From: Patescibacteria group bacterium
GTDB taxonomy: Bacteria; Patescibacteriota; UBA1384; JACPKC01
Direction: 5' to 3'
Assembly: GCA_050944875.1 (NCBI GenBank)
Contig: JBMNRW010000003.1
Coordinates: 32,260 to 96,259, forward strand
DNA length: 64,000 bases
Shown here: positions 45,593 to 54,988 of the stretch, in pieces
Position numbering within the stretch: position 1 is the stretch's first letter
How the letters are laid out: the number at the start of each line of letters is the position of its first letter
The notes under the pieces: model-generated
Told to the model about the DNA's origin: nothing
The model's input: only the letters and a program-made list of their open reading frames with translations
Databases searched by the model: none
Translations under genes and position numbers: made by a program

Positions 45593-45682
45593 TGGAAGAT
45601 CATATACTCTTTCTTATACAATTCAAAAGTACGACAGTTCGCAAGAACGTGGTAAACTTATCGATGTTAAGCAGGAGGGGAG

Positions 45683-46147
45683 ATGCACCACATAGACCGC
45701 GATATGCTCTTGAAGATCGTCGTCATCGTTACGACGGCGGTCGTCTTCGTGTACTTCGGTGCGCTTGGCTACCTGGACTTCATCGCGAACGCACCGACGA
45801 TCGCGACGACAGCGGAAGAGCTCGTGAAACGCGGGAGCTACGACCGGGCGATCCGCACCTACCGCGCCGAGCTCCAGCAGCTGGATGCCCAGACGGTGAA
45901 CACGCTCCTCGGGCTCGCGATCGCGTACGAGCGCAACGAGCAGCTCGCCGAGGCCGAGGCGACGCTTAGGAAGGCGATCACGCGCGACAGCGAGGAGAAG
46001 GATGCGTACGTCCTCCTCGCCAACCTGCTCATCGACCAGGGCCGCATCGCGGACGCCCAGCTTGTCGTCGCAGCGGCTGAGAAAGCTATCCCCAACGACG
46101 CTGACCTGGGGCGGCTCGCCGACGACTTGCGCCAGAGCGCTGAGTAA
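45683..46147 (+). CDS. membrane-anchored tetratricopeptide-repeat protein
   Basis: N-terminal TM (LLKIVVIVTTAVVFVYFGALGYL), then TPR-like helical repeats (AIAYERNEQLAEAEATLRKAI, AYVLLANLLIDQGRIADAQ). AGGAGGGG SD. Confidence 0.5.
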   Translation: MHHIDRDMLLKIVVIVTTAVVFVYFGALGYLDFIANAPTIATTAEELVKRGSYDRAIRTYRAELQQLDAQTVNTLLGLAIAYERNEQLAEAEATLRKAITRDSEEKDAYVLLANLLIDQGRIADAQLVVAAAEKAIPNDADLGRLADDLRQSAE

Positions 46148-46216
46148 GGCATTGATGGAGGTAACGAGGGAGGGGGAGACACCCTCTCTTCGTTGTCGCG
46201 AAAAGGAGCGGAACCC

Positions 46217-47929
46217 ATGAGCTTATACCGAGCGTACCGGCCCCAGACGTTCGCCGAGATCGTTGGCCAAGATCACGTGAAGCGGACGCTCGGGAACGCG
46301 GTCGCTGCGGGGACGGTGAGCCACGCCTACCTCTTCTCGGGCCCCCGGGGCGTCGGGAAGACCTCGATCGCCCGTATCCTTGCGATGAGCCTCAACTGCG
46401 CGGCTTGCGGCCCCACGAAGGGTGCGGAGCCGTGCGGGACGTGCGATGCTTGCCAGGCAACGCGGGCCGGGCACAACCTGAACGTCGTTGAGATCGACGC
46501 CGCGAGTAACCGCGGGATCGACGAGATCCGGGCGCTCCGCGAATCGATCGGGTTTGCGCCGAGCGGGGGCGGCCGGAAGCTCTACATCATCGACGAGGTC
46601 CACATGCTCACGAAGGAGGCGTTCAACGCGCTCCTGAAGACGTTAGAGGAGCCGCCGAAGCACGCCCACTTCGTACTTGCAACCACTGAGCTCCATAAGG
46701 TGCCCGAGACGATTATCTCGCGGACGCAGCACTTCGAGTTTAAACGGGCGACTATCCCTGAGGCGATCGAGCACCTCCGTCGGGTCGCAGCCGCAGAGTC
46801 GCTCAATGTCTCGGACGAGGCGCTTGCGCTCCTGGCAACCCACGCGGACGGCGGCTACCGGGATGCGCTCTCCCTCCTTGACCAGCTCGCCGCCCTGGGC
46901 GACCCAGAGATTACGGGCGACACGGTCCGCCTCATTCTTGGGATTGCGCCCGAGGCCGAGCTCCTCGAGCTCGTGACTGCTGCGCTCAAAGGTGACGCGA
47001 TAGCGATCCACGCGACGCTCGCCCGGTTCAACGAGCACGGCTACGACCCAGCTGCACTCATCGACGCGCTCGTCGGCCTCGCCCGGCGGGTCCTCTGGCA
47101 GGCGCACGGCATTACCGATGAGCGCGGTGCCGAGGTGAAGCGGGCGGTAGTAGCTACGCTCGCGGCTGCGCACGGCACGGCAGCAGCCGGCCAGCTCATC
47201 CGGTCGCTCGTTGACGCGAAGCAGTCGCTCCGCTGGAGCCCGATCCCTATGCTCCCGATCGAGCTCGCGCTGCTCGAGGCAACGCAGGTCCCGGCGGTCG
47301 TACCACCAGTGCAGGTACCGGTCCGGGCGACGCCGGCGCCAACGCCAGCGGTGATCCCGGCCGCACCGACACCACTCCCCGCGACGCCGCCACCTGCGCC
47401 GGCAGTTCCCGCCGTTGCGCCACCCGAGCCGGCTGTTCCCGTACCCGCGCCTGAGGTTGCGCCGCCAGCACCAGTACCGGAACCGGCTTCGGCACCAGTG
47501 GTCGTACCGTCTGCGCCACAGGGCGCCCCGCCGTCGCCATCGTCTGACGCACCGCTCGAGCACCCGACTGCCGCGTGGCAGGCGGTCGTCGACAAAGTCC
47601 GCCGGAAGAACGCCGCGTTGGCCGCGCTCCTCAAATCGGCGAAACTCAAAGGGATCGAGGACGGTGAGTGCGCGATCGAGGTGCCGTTCAGCTTCTACGC
47701 CGACCGCGTGAAGGATTTGAAGAACCGTGAGCTCATCGCGGCGATGATCGCCGAAGTGACCGGGCTCTCGGTCGCTATTCGCTGCGAGGTCGCGGGCGCG
47801 ACGCCGCCGGCCGCGCTCCAAGCGTCAGGCGCAGCGCAGGGCGAGGTGAGCCGGACGAGCGACGACGTCCTAAAGGACGCGACCGAGGTGTTCGGCGCGG
47901 CGCTCGAGGCGGAGCCGGTCCATGGCTAG
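46217..47929 (+). CDS. dnaX: DNA polymerase III subunit gamma/tau
   Basis: GPRGVGKTS Walker A, zinc module CAACGPTKGAEPCGTCDAC, IIDEVHML, SRTQ. Pro/Ala-rich linker, then C-terminal domain. ATG at 46217 after AAAGGAGCGG. Confidence 0.85.
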   Translation: MSLYRAYRPQTFAEIVGQDHVKRTLGNAVAAGTVSHAYLFSGPRGVGKTSIARILAMSLNCAACGPTKGAEPCGTCDACQATRAGHNLNVVEIDAASNRGIDEIRALRESIGFAPSGGGRKLYIIDEVHMLTKEAFNALLKTLEEPPKHAHFVLATTELHKVPETIISRTQHFEFKRATIPEAIEHLRRVAAAESLNVSDEALALLATHADGGYRDALSLLDQLAALGDPEITGDTVRLILGIAPEAELLELVTAALKGDAIAIHATLARFNEHGYDPAALIDALVGLARRVLWQAHGITDERGAEVKRAVVATLAAAHGTAAAGQLIRSLVDAKQSLRWSPIPMLPIELALLEATQVPAVVPPVQVPVRATPAPTPAVIPAAPTPLPATPPPAPAVPAVAPPEPAVPVPAPEVAPPAPVPEPASAPVVVPSAPQGAPPSPSSDAPLEHPTAAWQAVVDKVRRKNAALAALLKSAKLKGIEDGECAIEVPFSFYADRVKDLKNRELIAAMIAEVTGLSVAIRCEVAGATPPAALQASGAAQGEVSRTSDDVLKDATEVFGAALEAEPVHG

Positions 47930-49331
47930 AGACGGCGGCGCGACGATGGCGCGCACCATGCCGGCGAAGGCCGACGGCCTCGTCTTGACCGGGCTTCGGT
48001 TGCCGCCGCAGTCCATTGAGGCGGAGCAGTCGGTCCTCGGCGCGCTCCTCCTCGACGAGAACGCGGTCATCAAGATCGCCGACCTCCTCGACCCTGAGGA
48101 CTTCTACCGCGAGGACCACAAGATCATCTACGAGGCGATCCTCGCTCTGTTCGAGAAGCGCCGCCCGTGCGACGTCCTGACGCTCACCGAAGAGCTCGAG
48201 AGCCGGAAGCAGCTCAAGGCGGCCGGTGGGGCGGGCGCGATCGCGAGCCTGACGGCGGCAGTCCCAACGGCGGCGAATGTCTTCCACTACGCCCAGATCG
48301 TCCACGAGAAGGGGCTCTTAAGGCGGCTCATCTGGACCGCAGCTGCGGTCCAGGAGCTCGGCTACCAGGAAGACCGGGCGGTCGACGAGCTCGTCGACGA
48401 GGCGGAGCGCCTCATGTTCGCCGTCTCCGAGACGTCGGTGAAGCAGAAGTTCGAGCCAATCAAGGACGTCCTCACCCGGTCATTTGAGCGCATCGAGGAG
48501 CTCCACGAGAACAAGGGGAAGACGCGCGGCGTCGCCACCGGGTTCCGCGATCTCGACAACCTCCTGTCCGGCCTCCAGGCGTCTGACCTCGTCATCATCG
48601 CCGCCCGCCCGTCGATGGGTAAGACGAGCTTTATCCTCAACATTGCGCAGTACGCGGCGATCCACAATAACGTGCCGGTCGGCTTCTTCTCGCTCGAGCA
48701 GTCGAAGGACCAGCTTATTGATCGTTTGGTCTCGGGTGAGGCGGGCGTCGATTCGTGGAAGCTCCGGACCGGCAACCTCGCGAGCGAGGACTTCGAGCGG
48801 CTGAACTACTCGATGGGGGTTTTGAACGACGCGCCGATCTACCTCGACGACAGCCCGAACATGACCGTCATGGAGATGCGGACGAAGGCGCGGCGCTTGC
48901 AAGCGGAGCACGGGCTCGGGCTCATCATCGTTGACTACCTCCAGCTCATGCAGGGGCGGCAGACGAAGGACGCGAACCGCGTCCAGGAAATCTCGGACAT
49001 CTCGCGCGGCTTGAAGGGGATCGCCCGCGAGCTCAACGTGCCGGTTGTCGCGCTCTCGCAGCTCTCCCGAAGCGTCGAGCAGCGGCCGGACAAGCGGCCT
49101 GTCCTCTCCGACCTCCGTGAATCTGGCTCGATCGAGCAGGATGCGGACGTCGTGATGTTCATCTACCGCGAGGACTACTACAACCCGGAGACTGAGAACA
49201 AGAACATCGCGAAGATCCTCGTCCGCAAGCACCGGAACGGCCCGATCGGCGAAGTCGACCTGTTCTTCATCCCCGAGCAGACGAAGTTCCGCACCCTCGA
49301 CCGCAAGCACGCGCCGAAGGGAGAGGACTGA
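47922..49331 (+). CDS. dnaB: replicative DNA helicase
   Basis: IEAEQSVLGALLLD N-terminus, Walker A GARPSMGKTSF, DnaB C-terminal RecA-like domain. Start overlaps the dnaX stop. Confidence 0.9.
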   Translation: MARDGGATMARTMPAKADGLVLTGLRLPPQSIEAEQSVLGALLLDENAVIKIADLLDPEDFYREDHKIIYEAILALFEKRRPCDVLTLTEELESRKQLKAAGGAGAIASLTAAVPTAANVFHYAQIVHEKGLLRRLIWTAAAVQELGYQEDRAVDELVDEAERLMFAVSETSVKQKFEPIKDVLTRSFERIEELHENKGKTRGVATGFRDLDNLLSGLQASDLVIIAARPSMGKTSFILNIAQYAAIHNNVPVGFFSLEQSKDQLIDRLVSGEAGVDSWKLRTGNLASEDFERLNYSMGVLNDAPIYLDDSPNMTVMEMRTKARRLQAEHGLGLIIVDYLQLMQGRQTKDANRVQEISDISRGLKGIARELNVPVVALSQLSRSVEQRPDKRPVLSDLRESGSIEQDADVVMFIYREDYYNPETENKNIAKILVRKHRNGPIGEVDLFFIPEQTKFRTLDRKHAPKGED

Positions 49332-51235
49332 TGCAGTCGGCGATGGAGGGCGTGGTCGCCACCCAGGCGACCGTGACGAGTCGGCTCCTCGACGCCTTGA
49401 ACCCCGAGCAGCGGCTGGCCGCGGAGACGCTCGACGGCCCGGTCCTCATCCTGGCGGGGGCTGGCTCCGGCAAGACGAAGACGCTGACCCACCGCGTCGC
49501 CCACTTGGTTGAGCGCGGGGTGAGCCCGGCGAACATCCTCGCCGTCACGTTCACGAACAAGGCGGCTGGCGAGATGCGCGAGCGACTGTCCAGCTTGTGC
49601 GCCGAGTACCTGCCTGGCCGCTCGGTCGGCTTCCCATGGCTCGGGACATTCCACTCGGTCTGCGTCCGAATCCTTCGGCGCTCGATCGGTCACCTGGGGT
49701 ACAAGGCGAGCTTCACAATTTACGACGCGAGCGACTCCCAGAGCCTCATTAAGTCGGTGATGGGGGACCTGGGGATCGACCCGAAGACGAACAACCCGCG
49801 CACCGTCCAGAGCTTCATCTCGGGCGCGAAGAACGAGCTCATGGGCCCGAGTGAGTACGAGGCGGTTGCGGACGGGTACTTCATGGAGACGGTCGCGAAG
49901 GTGTACCACCGGTACCAGGCGGCCCTCAAAGAGGCGAACGCCCTCGACTTCGACGACCTGCTCATCCTGACGGCGCGGCTCTTCGCCGAGTACCCGGAGG
50001 TCCTCCAGGACTACCAGGCGCAGTTCAAGTACGTCCTGGTCGACGAGTACCAGGACACGAACCTCGTCCAGTACCGGCTCGTGAAGGCGCTCGCGAGCCA
50101 CGGCAACATCTGTGTCGTCGGTGACGACTACCAGGCGATCTACGGTTGGCGCGGCGCGAACTTCCGGAACATCCTGAACTTCGAGAAGGACTGGCCGAAC
50201 GCGTGCGTCGTGAAGCTGGAGCAGAACTACCGGTCGACCCAGGTCATTTTGGATGCGGCCGACGCGGTCATTAAGAACAACTACCAGCGGACCGACAAGA
50301 AGCTCTGGAGCGAGAAGAAGGAAGGCGCACCAGTCACGGTGTACGAAGCGGTCGACGGGCTCGACGAGGTCGACTTCGTCGCCACCGAGATCGCGAGCCT
50401 CAGACGCCACTACCCGAGCCTGAACTCGTTCACCGTCCTCTACCGGACGAACGCGCAGTCGCGCGCCTTGGAAGAGTGCTTCATGAAGCGCGAGCTCCCG
50501 TACCGCTTGGTCGGCGCCGTTCGCTTCTACGAGCGCAAGGAAGTGAAGGACATGATGGCGTACCTGCGGGTCATCGCGAACCCGGCCGACGTCATCGCGT
50601 TCGAGCGCGCGAGCGGCGCACCGGCGCGCGGGATCGGGAAGAAGACCATGGAACTCGTCCGGACGAAGGGGGTCGTGGCAGCGTGCGAGGAGCACGTGAA
50701 ACTCAAAAACTTCGCGACCCTCCTCGAGAGCTTCCGTACGTACGCGACCGACCACGACGTTGCCGCCCTCATCGATTACGTCGCGGAGCACGCAGGGTAC
50801 CGCGAGTACCTCCTCGACGGCACGGACGAGGGCGAGGGGCGGTGGGAGAACATCCAAGAGTTGAAGTCGGTCGCCGAGGGCTACCCGAGCCTGCAGGAAT
50901 TCCTCGAGGCGACCAGCCTCATCTCCGACGTCGACAACTACGACCCGAAGCACGAGGCCGTCACCTTGATGACGATGCACAACGCCAAGGGGCTCGAGTT
51001 CCCGGTCGTCTTTATCGTCGGCTGTGAAGAGGGGATCTTTCCGCACTCACGCGCGCTCGCCGACCCGGCGCAGATGGAAGAGGAGCGCCGGCTCTGCTAC
51101 GTCGGGATGACCCGGGCGAAGGAGCGGCTCTACATGCTCTCTGCAAACTCGCGCCTCATCTACGGCGGGTTCCAGGCAAACCCGAGCTCACGATTCCTCT
51201 CGGAGATTCCCGACCACCTCAAGGAACGGCTCTAG
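49331..51235 (+). CDS. UvrD/PcrA-type ATP-dependent DNA helicase (superfamily 1)
   Basis: ILAGAGSGKTKTLTHRVAHL (motif I), VLVDEYQDTN (motif II), helicase C-terminal motifs. ATGA overlap with dnaB. Confidence 0.85.
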   Translation: MQSAMEGVVATQATVTSRLLDALNPEQRLAAETLDGPVLILAGAGSGKTKTLTHRVAHLVERGVSPANILAVTFTNKAAGEMRERLSSLCAEYLPGRSVGFPWLGTFHSVCVRILRRSIGHLGYKASFTIYDASDSQSLIKSVMGDLGIDPKTNNPRTVQSFISGAKNELMGPSEYEAVADGYFMETVAKVYHRYQAALKEANALDFDDLLILTARLFAEYPEVLQDYQAQFKYVLVDEYQDTNLVQYRLVKALASHGNICVVGDDYQAIYGWRGANFRNILNFEKDWPNACVVKLEQNYRSTQVILDAADAVIKNNYQRTDKKLWSEKKEGAPVTVYEAVDGLDEVDFVATEIASLRRHYPSLNSFTVLYRTNAQSRALEECFMKRELPYRLVGAVRFYERKEVKDMMAYLRVIANPADVIAFERASGAPARGIGKKTMELVRTKGVVAACEEHVKLKNFATLLESFRTYATDHDVAALIDYVAEHAGYREYLLDGTDEGEGRWENIQELKSVAEGYPSLQEFLEATSLISDVDNYDPKHEAVTLMTMHNAKGLEFPVVFIVGCEEGIFPHSRALADPAQMEEERRLCYVGMTRAKERLYMLSANSRLIYGGFQANPSSRFLSEIPDHLKERL

Positions 51236-51427
51236 CTGTTGACGGGCGGTCTCCTTTGGGGAATGATCTAGTAGTGGACTACCAGCTGAACTGCCGATTT
51301 GGTTTCATTGCGTTCTGGCCCGTGGCCAGTGTTTCGGCGTAGTTCGCAAGATCCCTGACGCTTGAACTACTGGCCCTCGGGCCGGTGGTTTTTCTGTCAG
51401 GAGTTCACAACAGGGAAGGTGCGTACG

Positions 51428-51730
51428 ATGTTCACTCTGTTCGATCACCTCTTGGCGGCGCCGCCCGAGTTCGAGCCGACAACTTCGAGTCTGGCGCTGG
51501 CGCTCCAGGAGGAGGGAGCGCCGCAGGTGTACTTCGCGCCCCGAGTGCGTACGTTGGCGAACGGCATGCCTGTTCGTCAGCTCCGGCACGCCGGGCGCAA
51601 CGGTGGCGTCTGTGGTTGCACGACGGGACTGCTGAACGAGAAGGGGCGCGTCCTTTGTCGTCGACACAGCCATGTCGTCGCGGATATCAGCGCCCACCCC
51701 TGGATCATCCAGGCGCTGATGAACGGGTAG
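51428..51730 (+). CDS. hypothetical protein (about 100 aa)
   Basis: ATG at 51428 after GGGAAGG, within ORF 51362..51730. Followed by a strong terminator. Confidence 0.35.
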   Translation: MFTLFDHLLAAPPEFEPTTSSLALALQEEGAPQVYFAPRVRTLANGMPVRQLRHAGRNGGVCGCTTGLLNEKGRVLCRRHSHVVADISAHPWIIQALMNG

Positions 51731-51746
51731 TAATCAAGCGCCCGCT

Positions 51747-51790
51747 GGCCTCGGACTCATGCGTGAGTTACGGGGCCTGTTTTTTATTTT
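51747..51790 (+). terminator. compound hairpin plus long T-run (GTTTTTTATTTTT)
   Basis: GGCCTCG...CGGGGCC outer stem with inner ACTCA tgcg TGAGT hairpin, then T-run. Confidence 0.6.
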
Positions 51791-51805
51791 TACCAGTGCA
51801 GCTTC

Positions 51806-51839
51806 GGTGATAAAGGAAAAGCACCCCGGGTGGGGTGCT
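51806..51839 (-). terminator. minus-strand terminator (AGCACCCC gggt GGGGTGCT, followed on minus strand by TTTTCCTTTATC)
   Basis: Read directly. Downstream of the minus-strand small ORF ending at 51966. Confidence 0.5.
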
Positions 51840-51965
51840 GGCCGGCGAGCGCCGGTGATTATTGGAAGTACTGGGCTGTGTATCGGTGAACACTGAGAAG
51901 TTTGTCGGCGAGCGTCTGGCCACTGCTGTTTGGCTTGAGTCTGATCATGGCGCTCCTTTCTCCAG

Positions 51966-52235
51966 TTACGCTTCGGCGTAGGTGTCGGGCGCGATCGCGC
52001 TCCGCGTTCTCTGGGGCAGTCGGCGATTCCGCGTATGCTCAGGCTGTTCTTGTGCCTGCTTCTTCGCGTTCTCGCGCAGTCGGCAGAGCTCTTCCTCGGG
52101 GAAGGGCTCCCAGCGGTTGTCCCTCCAAATGAGGATCTGCATTGTCGTGCCCCTTTCCAGGACCTCCCCAAGTAACCGTCCAGCCACGGCAACTTGGAAA
52201 GGGGCGTCGGTACGTCGAAGGTGCCCCCACTTCAT
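51966..52235 (-). CDS. small hypothetical protein (89 aa)
   Basis: ATG (reverse of 52233..52235) 8 nt after AGAGGTGG on the minus strand. Translation begins MKWGHLRRTDAPFQVAVAGRLLGEVLERG. Has its own terminator. Confidence 0.4.
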   Translation of the reverse strand: MKWGHLRRTDAPFQVAVAGRLLGEVLERGTTMQILIWRDNRWEPFPEEELCRLRENAKKQAQEQPEHTRNRRLPQRTRSAIAPDTYAEA

Positions 52236-52364
52236 CGTACCCACCTCTTCGAAGCGTACGTCTGCTCGGTGTTGACGTCAATTCCTCGGTGCGCTGAAGG
52301 CGGTCGAGCTACGATGTTAATCGTTGAGCTCTCCTCGTTATTTTGGAGATATCCACAGAAATAC

Positions 52365-52401
52365 GTTGACAGCATCAGTCAGACGTCAGATACTATTATA
52401 A
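52365..52401 (+). promoter_or_regulatory. promoter-like AT-rich element (TTGACA ... GATACT / TATAAT)
   Basis: TTGACA at 52365..52370 with GATACT 17 nt downstream and TATAAT at 52396..52401. Lies ~340 nt upstream of the DUF218 gene. Confidence 0.3.
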
Positions 52402-52740
52402 TCCTTAAAAACAAAATGACCTGCAGCACGATCCGGTGCACCACCTGGACCGCGACCTCGTCGCGAGCCAGCAGTGTACCGCAGCGCCGGGCAACCGGCG
52501 TCGCAGCACACTTCGCCACCGCCTCCGGGCGGACCAAGCGGACGGCAGCCACCGTCTTATCGCAGGGGATACCCTGGGATGGGATCTCGGCCCGCCAGCT
52601 GCCGGCGACAGAGGGCTTGTCACGCAGTACGGGCAATAGTTGCAACACATATTCCCGTCGGCGCAAGCCCTCTTTTTGTTGCGTAAGTTCTCGAGTACAC
52701 TGACGCAATTCAGGGTTACCTTTCCAAGGAGGTGCAGGTC

Positions 52741-53290
52741 GATGCAGGTGCTCTTTGTGCCGGGAGCTGACATTCGACTTGGGAATTCGCTCGAGGGAAC
52801 AGTGACGCTCCATCGGCTCAAGGCCGCGCTTCGCCAGTGGCAGGCTGACGAAGCGCAGTACATCCTCGTTACTGGCGGACGACGTTCGCCGTCTCGCCAG
52901 ACGATCTCGACGCGGAGCCTGATGCGGCGATGGTTGATGGCAGAAGGTGTGCCAGTGCAACAGATCGTGCTCGGGGCGTTGGCGCTCGATTCGTATGGCG
53001 CGGTCCGAGATTCGTTCGAGCCGCTGTCTCGCTTGTGCCTAGAGCGTCGCAAGGTGTACAGCGCGGTCCGGTTCACCCTTGTCTCCGACCCACTGCACTG
53101 TCGTCGGCTCGCGCAGTACTTCCGGCAGTTCGGCCATGAGGTCGAGCAGCTCGAGGTGCGTCGGTGGGGCAGTGTGCCCGCGTTCTACGCGGAGCAGTGC
53201 AAGTACCTTATCGCACTCCTCGATCCATTCGGTTTGTCATCAGTGCTGGCGACCACGTACCGGTCGCTCTGTCGTCGCTGTGGATACTAG
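52741..53290 (+). CDS. DUF218 (YdcF/ElyC/SanA-like) domain protein
   Basis: ATG at 52741, 10 nt after AAGGAGG. ILVTGG motif and C-terminal VSDPLH block typical of DUF218. Confidence 0.55.
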
Positions 53291-53311
53291 CTGTGCTACG
53301 ATAGTCGTCGC

Positions 53312-54274
53312 ATGAATGCTCGTCTCCACGCCTTCCTTGGCCTCGTCTTCGCGACGGGGCTTTCTGCTGTCCTCTGGTGGCTCCATAGTGTTCGGCTTGC
53401 GCCGACCGTTGTAGAGGCAAGCGAGCTCGAGCAAGGACTCGGGAGCGTCGAGCTTGGCGGCGTTACCCACCCGGTGGAGCGCGTCGTCACGCCACCAGGG
53501 ATGACGAACCTTACCGAGGCGCTCGCTGCAGCCGGTGTGGTACTCGAACCGGAAGATCGCTACGTGGCTGTGCCGGATCCTGTGCTCGGTGTCGGGAGCT
53601 GGGTCGAGATTACCCGGGCCATTCCCGTTACGCTCCGAGACGCGGAGATCTCGCGTACGCACCGGACGTGGGCGCCGACCGTCGGCGCGCTCCTCGATGA
53701 GCTGGGCGTCCTTATCGACGCCGATGACCGGCTGACACCTGCGCCGGAGACGCCGCTTGCGCACGGCCTCGTCATTACGGTGACGCGGGTCGGGGTGAGC
53801 GACGAGACGGAGCGTGAGAGCATCGACTACAAGACCGTCCGCAAGCAGGACCCGGAGCTCGAGAAGGGGAAGACCCGGGTCGGGCAAGTCGGCAAGGTTG
53901 GCACGAAGAAGAAAACCTATGAAGTGGTCCGGGAGAACGGCCAGGTGGTCAAGCGGTCGCTTGTCGCAACTGAGGTTGAGCGTGAGCCAGTGGATGAAGT
54001 GGTCTACGAGGGGACGAAGGTCCTAAGTTACGGGAGCGGTGAGGCGACTTGGTACGCGCTCCGGACCGGCATGCAGGCGGCGCATAACACGTTGCCGTTC
54101 GGGACGTGGGTCAAGGTGACGAGCCTTGCCTCGGGCAAGTCCGTGGACGTCCAGATCACTGACCGCGGCATCCAGGGGAGCGCGATCATTGACCTCACCG
54201 CCGACGCGTTCAAGCTCATCGCTCCGTTGGGCGCTGGTCGGATCCAGGTGAAGCTCGAGAAGGACTGGGACTAG
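53312..54274 (+). CDS. cell-wall associated protein with N-terminal TM, G5 domain and C-terminal 3D (RlpA/MltA-like double-psi beta-barrel) domain (YabE-like)
   Basis: G5-like repeat region (YKTVRKQDPELEKGKTRVGQVGKVGTKKKTYEVVRENGQVV) and 3D-domain block (TWVKVTSLASGKSVDVQITDRGIQGSAIIDLTADAF). Confidence 0.65.
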   Translation: MNARLHAFLGLVFATGLSAVLWWLHSVRLAPTVVEASELEQGLGSVELGGVTHPVERVVTPPGMTNLTEALAAAGVVLEPEDRYVAVPDPVLGVGSWVEITRAIPVTLRDAEISRTHRTWAPTVGALLDELGVLIDADDRLTPAPETPLAHGLVITVTRVGVSDETERESIDYKTVRKQDPELEKGKTRVGQVGKVGTKKKTYEVVRENGQVVKRSLVATEVEREPVDEVVYEGTKVLSYGSGEATWYALRTGMQAAHNTLPFGTWVKVTSLASGKSVDVQITDRGIQGSAIIDLTADAFKLIAPLGAGRIQVKLEKDWD

Positions 54275-54284
54275 AAAAGGGAAA

Positions 54285-54305
54285 GGAGCCCGGAGGCTCC
54301 TTAGG
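54285..54305 (+). terminator. short hairpin GGAGCC cgga GGCTCC with weak T tail
   Basis: Read directly after the stop at 54274. Confidence 0.3.
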
Positions 54306-54371
54306 TTGCGTGGACTCGTCCTAGACGAGCTGTTCAAACGTTTTCCGGTAGTTCTGTTGGAGTTTGAGCAG

Positions 54372-54851
54372 TTATGCCTGCCTTCGCTCGACATCTTCCT
54401 GCTCTCTCGTGATGTGCTCGCGGAGCTTGGCGTTCGCGTCGACGTTTCTGGGTAGGCGTTGATCGAGCACCCAGAGGGCAGCGTAGCACTCCAACAGCTG
54501 ATCGTAGCTCAGCCCTGGCACTGGGTGGGGTAGTTGGTCGGCGAGCCAGGCACCAAGGAGTAGGGCGGGCGAAGCCGGTGCTTGTACCGTTCTCAGGAAC
54601 GGCGCGCAGAGATTGGCGAGCCGTGAGAGGTCATCGCGCGGGTCATCTGCCCAGAGATCCTCTTCGCATCCCTCGGGTTTCTCGAGGCGAAGGATTAGCG
54701 CATAGAGGAATGGTGTCGTGACTCTTAGGGAGTTGAAATAGTCATCCAGGCTGTCTGCGCACTTGGTGAGTACGTAGTAAGCGGAGCCTCGATGTGGCAC
54801 CGTTGATCTGTGCTGGAGGTGATCCTCTAGGATTTGAGCGAGAGCAGGCAT
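54372..54851 (-). CDS. hypothetical protein
   Basis: ORF 54372..54887. ATG at 54851 gives MPALAQILEDHLQ. Lower GC. No motif recognised. Confidence 0.35.
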   Translation of the reverse strand: MPALAQILEDHLQHRSTVPHRGSAYYVLTKCADSLDDYFNSLRVTTPFLYALILRLEKPEGCEEDLWADDPRDDLSRLANLCAPFLRTVQAPASPALLLGAWLADQLPHPVPGLSYDQLLECYAALWVLDQRLPRNVDANAKLREHITREQEDVERRQA

Positions 54852-54974
54852 GACGTTGGGGGTATTTAGCGGATGAGGTATAAGCACCGTTTTTGCACCT
54901 CAATTGGAAAGCTCCTCCCAGGGAAGGGCGGAGTGAGTACACTACAATACTACTAGCGCGTCAACCTGTTCTAC

Positions 54975-54983
54975 TGGTATACT
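54975..54983 (+). promoter_or_regulatory. extended -10 TGgTATACT, 5 nt before the ATG at 54989 (leaderless-type)
   Basis: Read directly. Confidence 0.45.
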
Positions 54984-54988
54984 GAAGA

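Noticed and set aside
46217-47929. Programmed -1 frameshift site in dnaX (A AAA AAG type) that would make a gamma subunit
   Set aside because: No A-rich slippery heptamer is present in the gene. Only the full-length tau-type ORF is supported.
52194-52703. 169-aa plus-strand ORF and overlapping 193/223-aa minus-strand ORFs in the tract upstream of the DUF218 gene
   Set aside because: Their translations are Ser/Thr/Arg/Ala-rich without coding periodicity, and they overlap each other. Treated as non-coding tract.
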